NCBI GenBank assembly: GCA_964016885.1
Contig: OZ024745.1
Span: forward strand, 95,418,001 to 95,482,000
DNA length: 64,000 bases
From: Eledone cirrhosa
Lineage: Eukaryota
Direction: 5' to 3'
In this document: piece by piece, positions 63,872 through 64,000 of the stretch
Layout: each line of letters starts with the position of its first letter
Position numbering within the stretch: position 1 is the first letter of the stretch
The notes under the pieces: generated by a model
Database searches by the model: none
Seen by the model: only the letters and a program-made list of their open reading frames with translations
What the model was told of the DNA's origin: nothing
Made by a program: the position numbers and the translations under genes

Positions 63872-64000
63872 TATATATATATAGAGAGAGAGAGAGAGGG
63901 AGAGAGACAGACAGAGAGATAAATGGTTCTTTTGTTCTTTATTTATATATCTATATTATATAAGTAAAGACCAAAAGCAATGCTTTTTGAGGGAACTCTT

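Noticed and set aside
49437-64000. Upstream NCS-1 exons (e.g. the ...TPEKRV.RIF..MDK exon)
   Set aside because: Looked for on the minus strand and not found by eye; probably beyond the window end.

Overview
Eukaryotic, very AT-rich genomic DNA full of microsatellites and transposons. The repeat content (tRNA-derived SINEs, RTE LINEs with (GAT)n tails, long (TA)n tracts) and a mollusc-type NCS-1 exon suggest an octopus or other coleoid cephalopod; this is an inference. The only confidently identified host gene piece is the terminal coding exon of neuronal calcium sensor-1 (frequenin/aplycalcin), minus strand 49333-49434, which the ORF track misses. It is followed by a probable ~4 kb TE-free 3'UTR, and its last intron apparently runs to or beyond the window end. 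That intron holds two oppositely oriented RTE LINEs, each with a PHD-like finger inside the RT, and a near-complete Penelope-like element. The Penelope-like element has a 270-bp perfect palindrome, a branch point and 3' splice site before its ORF, and a 3' hammerhead ribozyme. The rest of the window contains SINEs, MITEs (piggyBac-, hAT- and Tc1/pogo-like), CR1, Tx1, CRE, R4/Dong and Penelope fragments, minisatellites, and several orphan or decayed exon-like segments. Two hidden layers stand out: about ten type I hammerhead-ribozyme motifs of several unrelated families, and a recurring class of local fold-back inverted duplications next to (TA)n tracts. All coordinates were read by eye, and TE ends are approximate.
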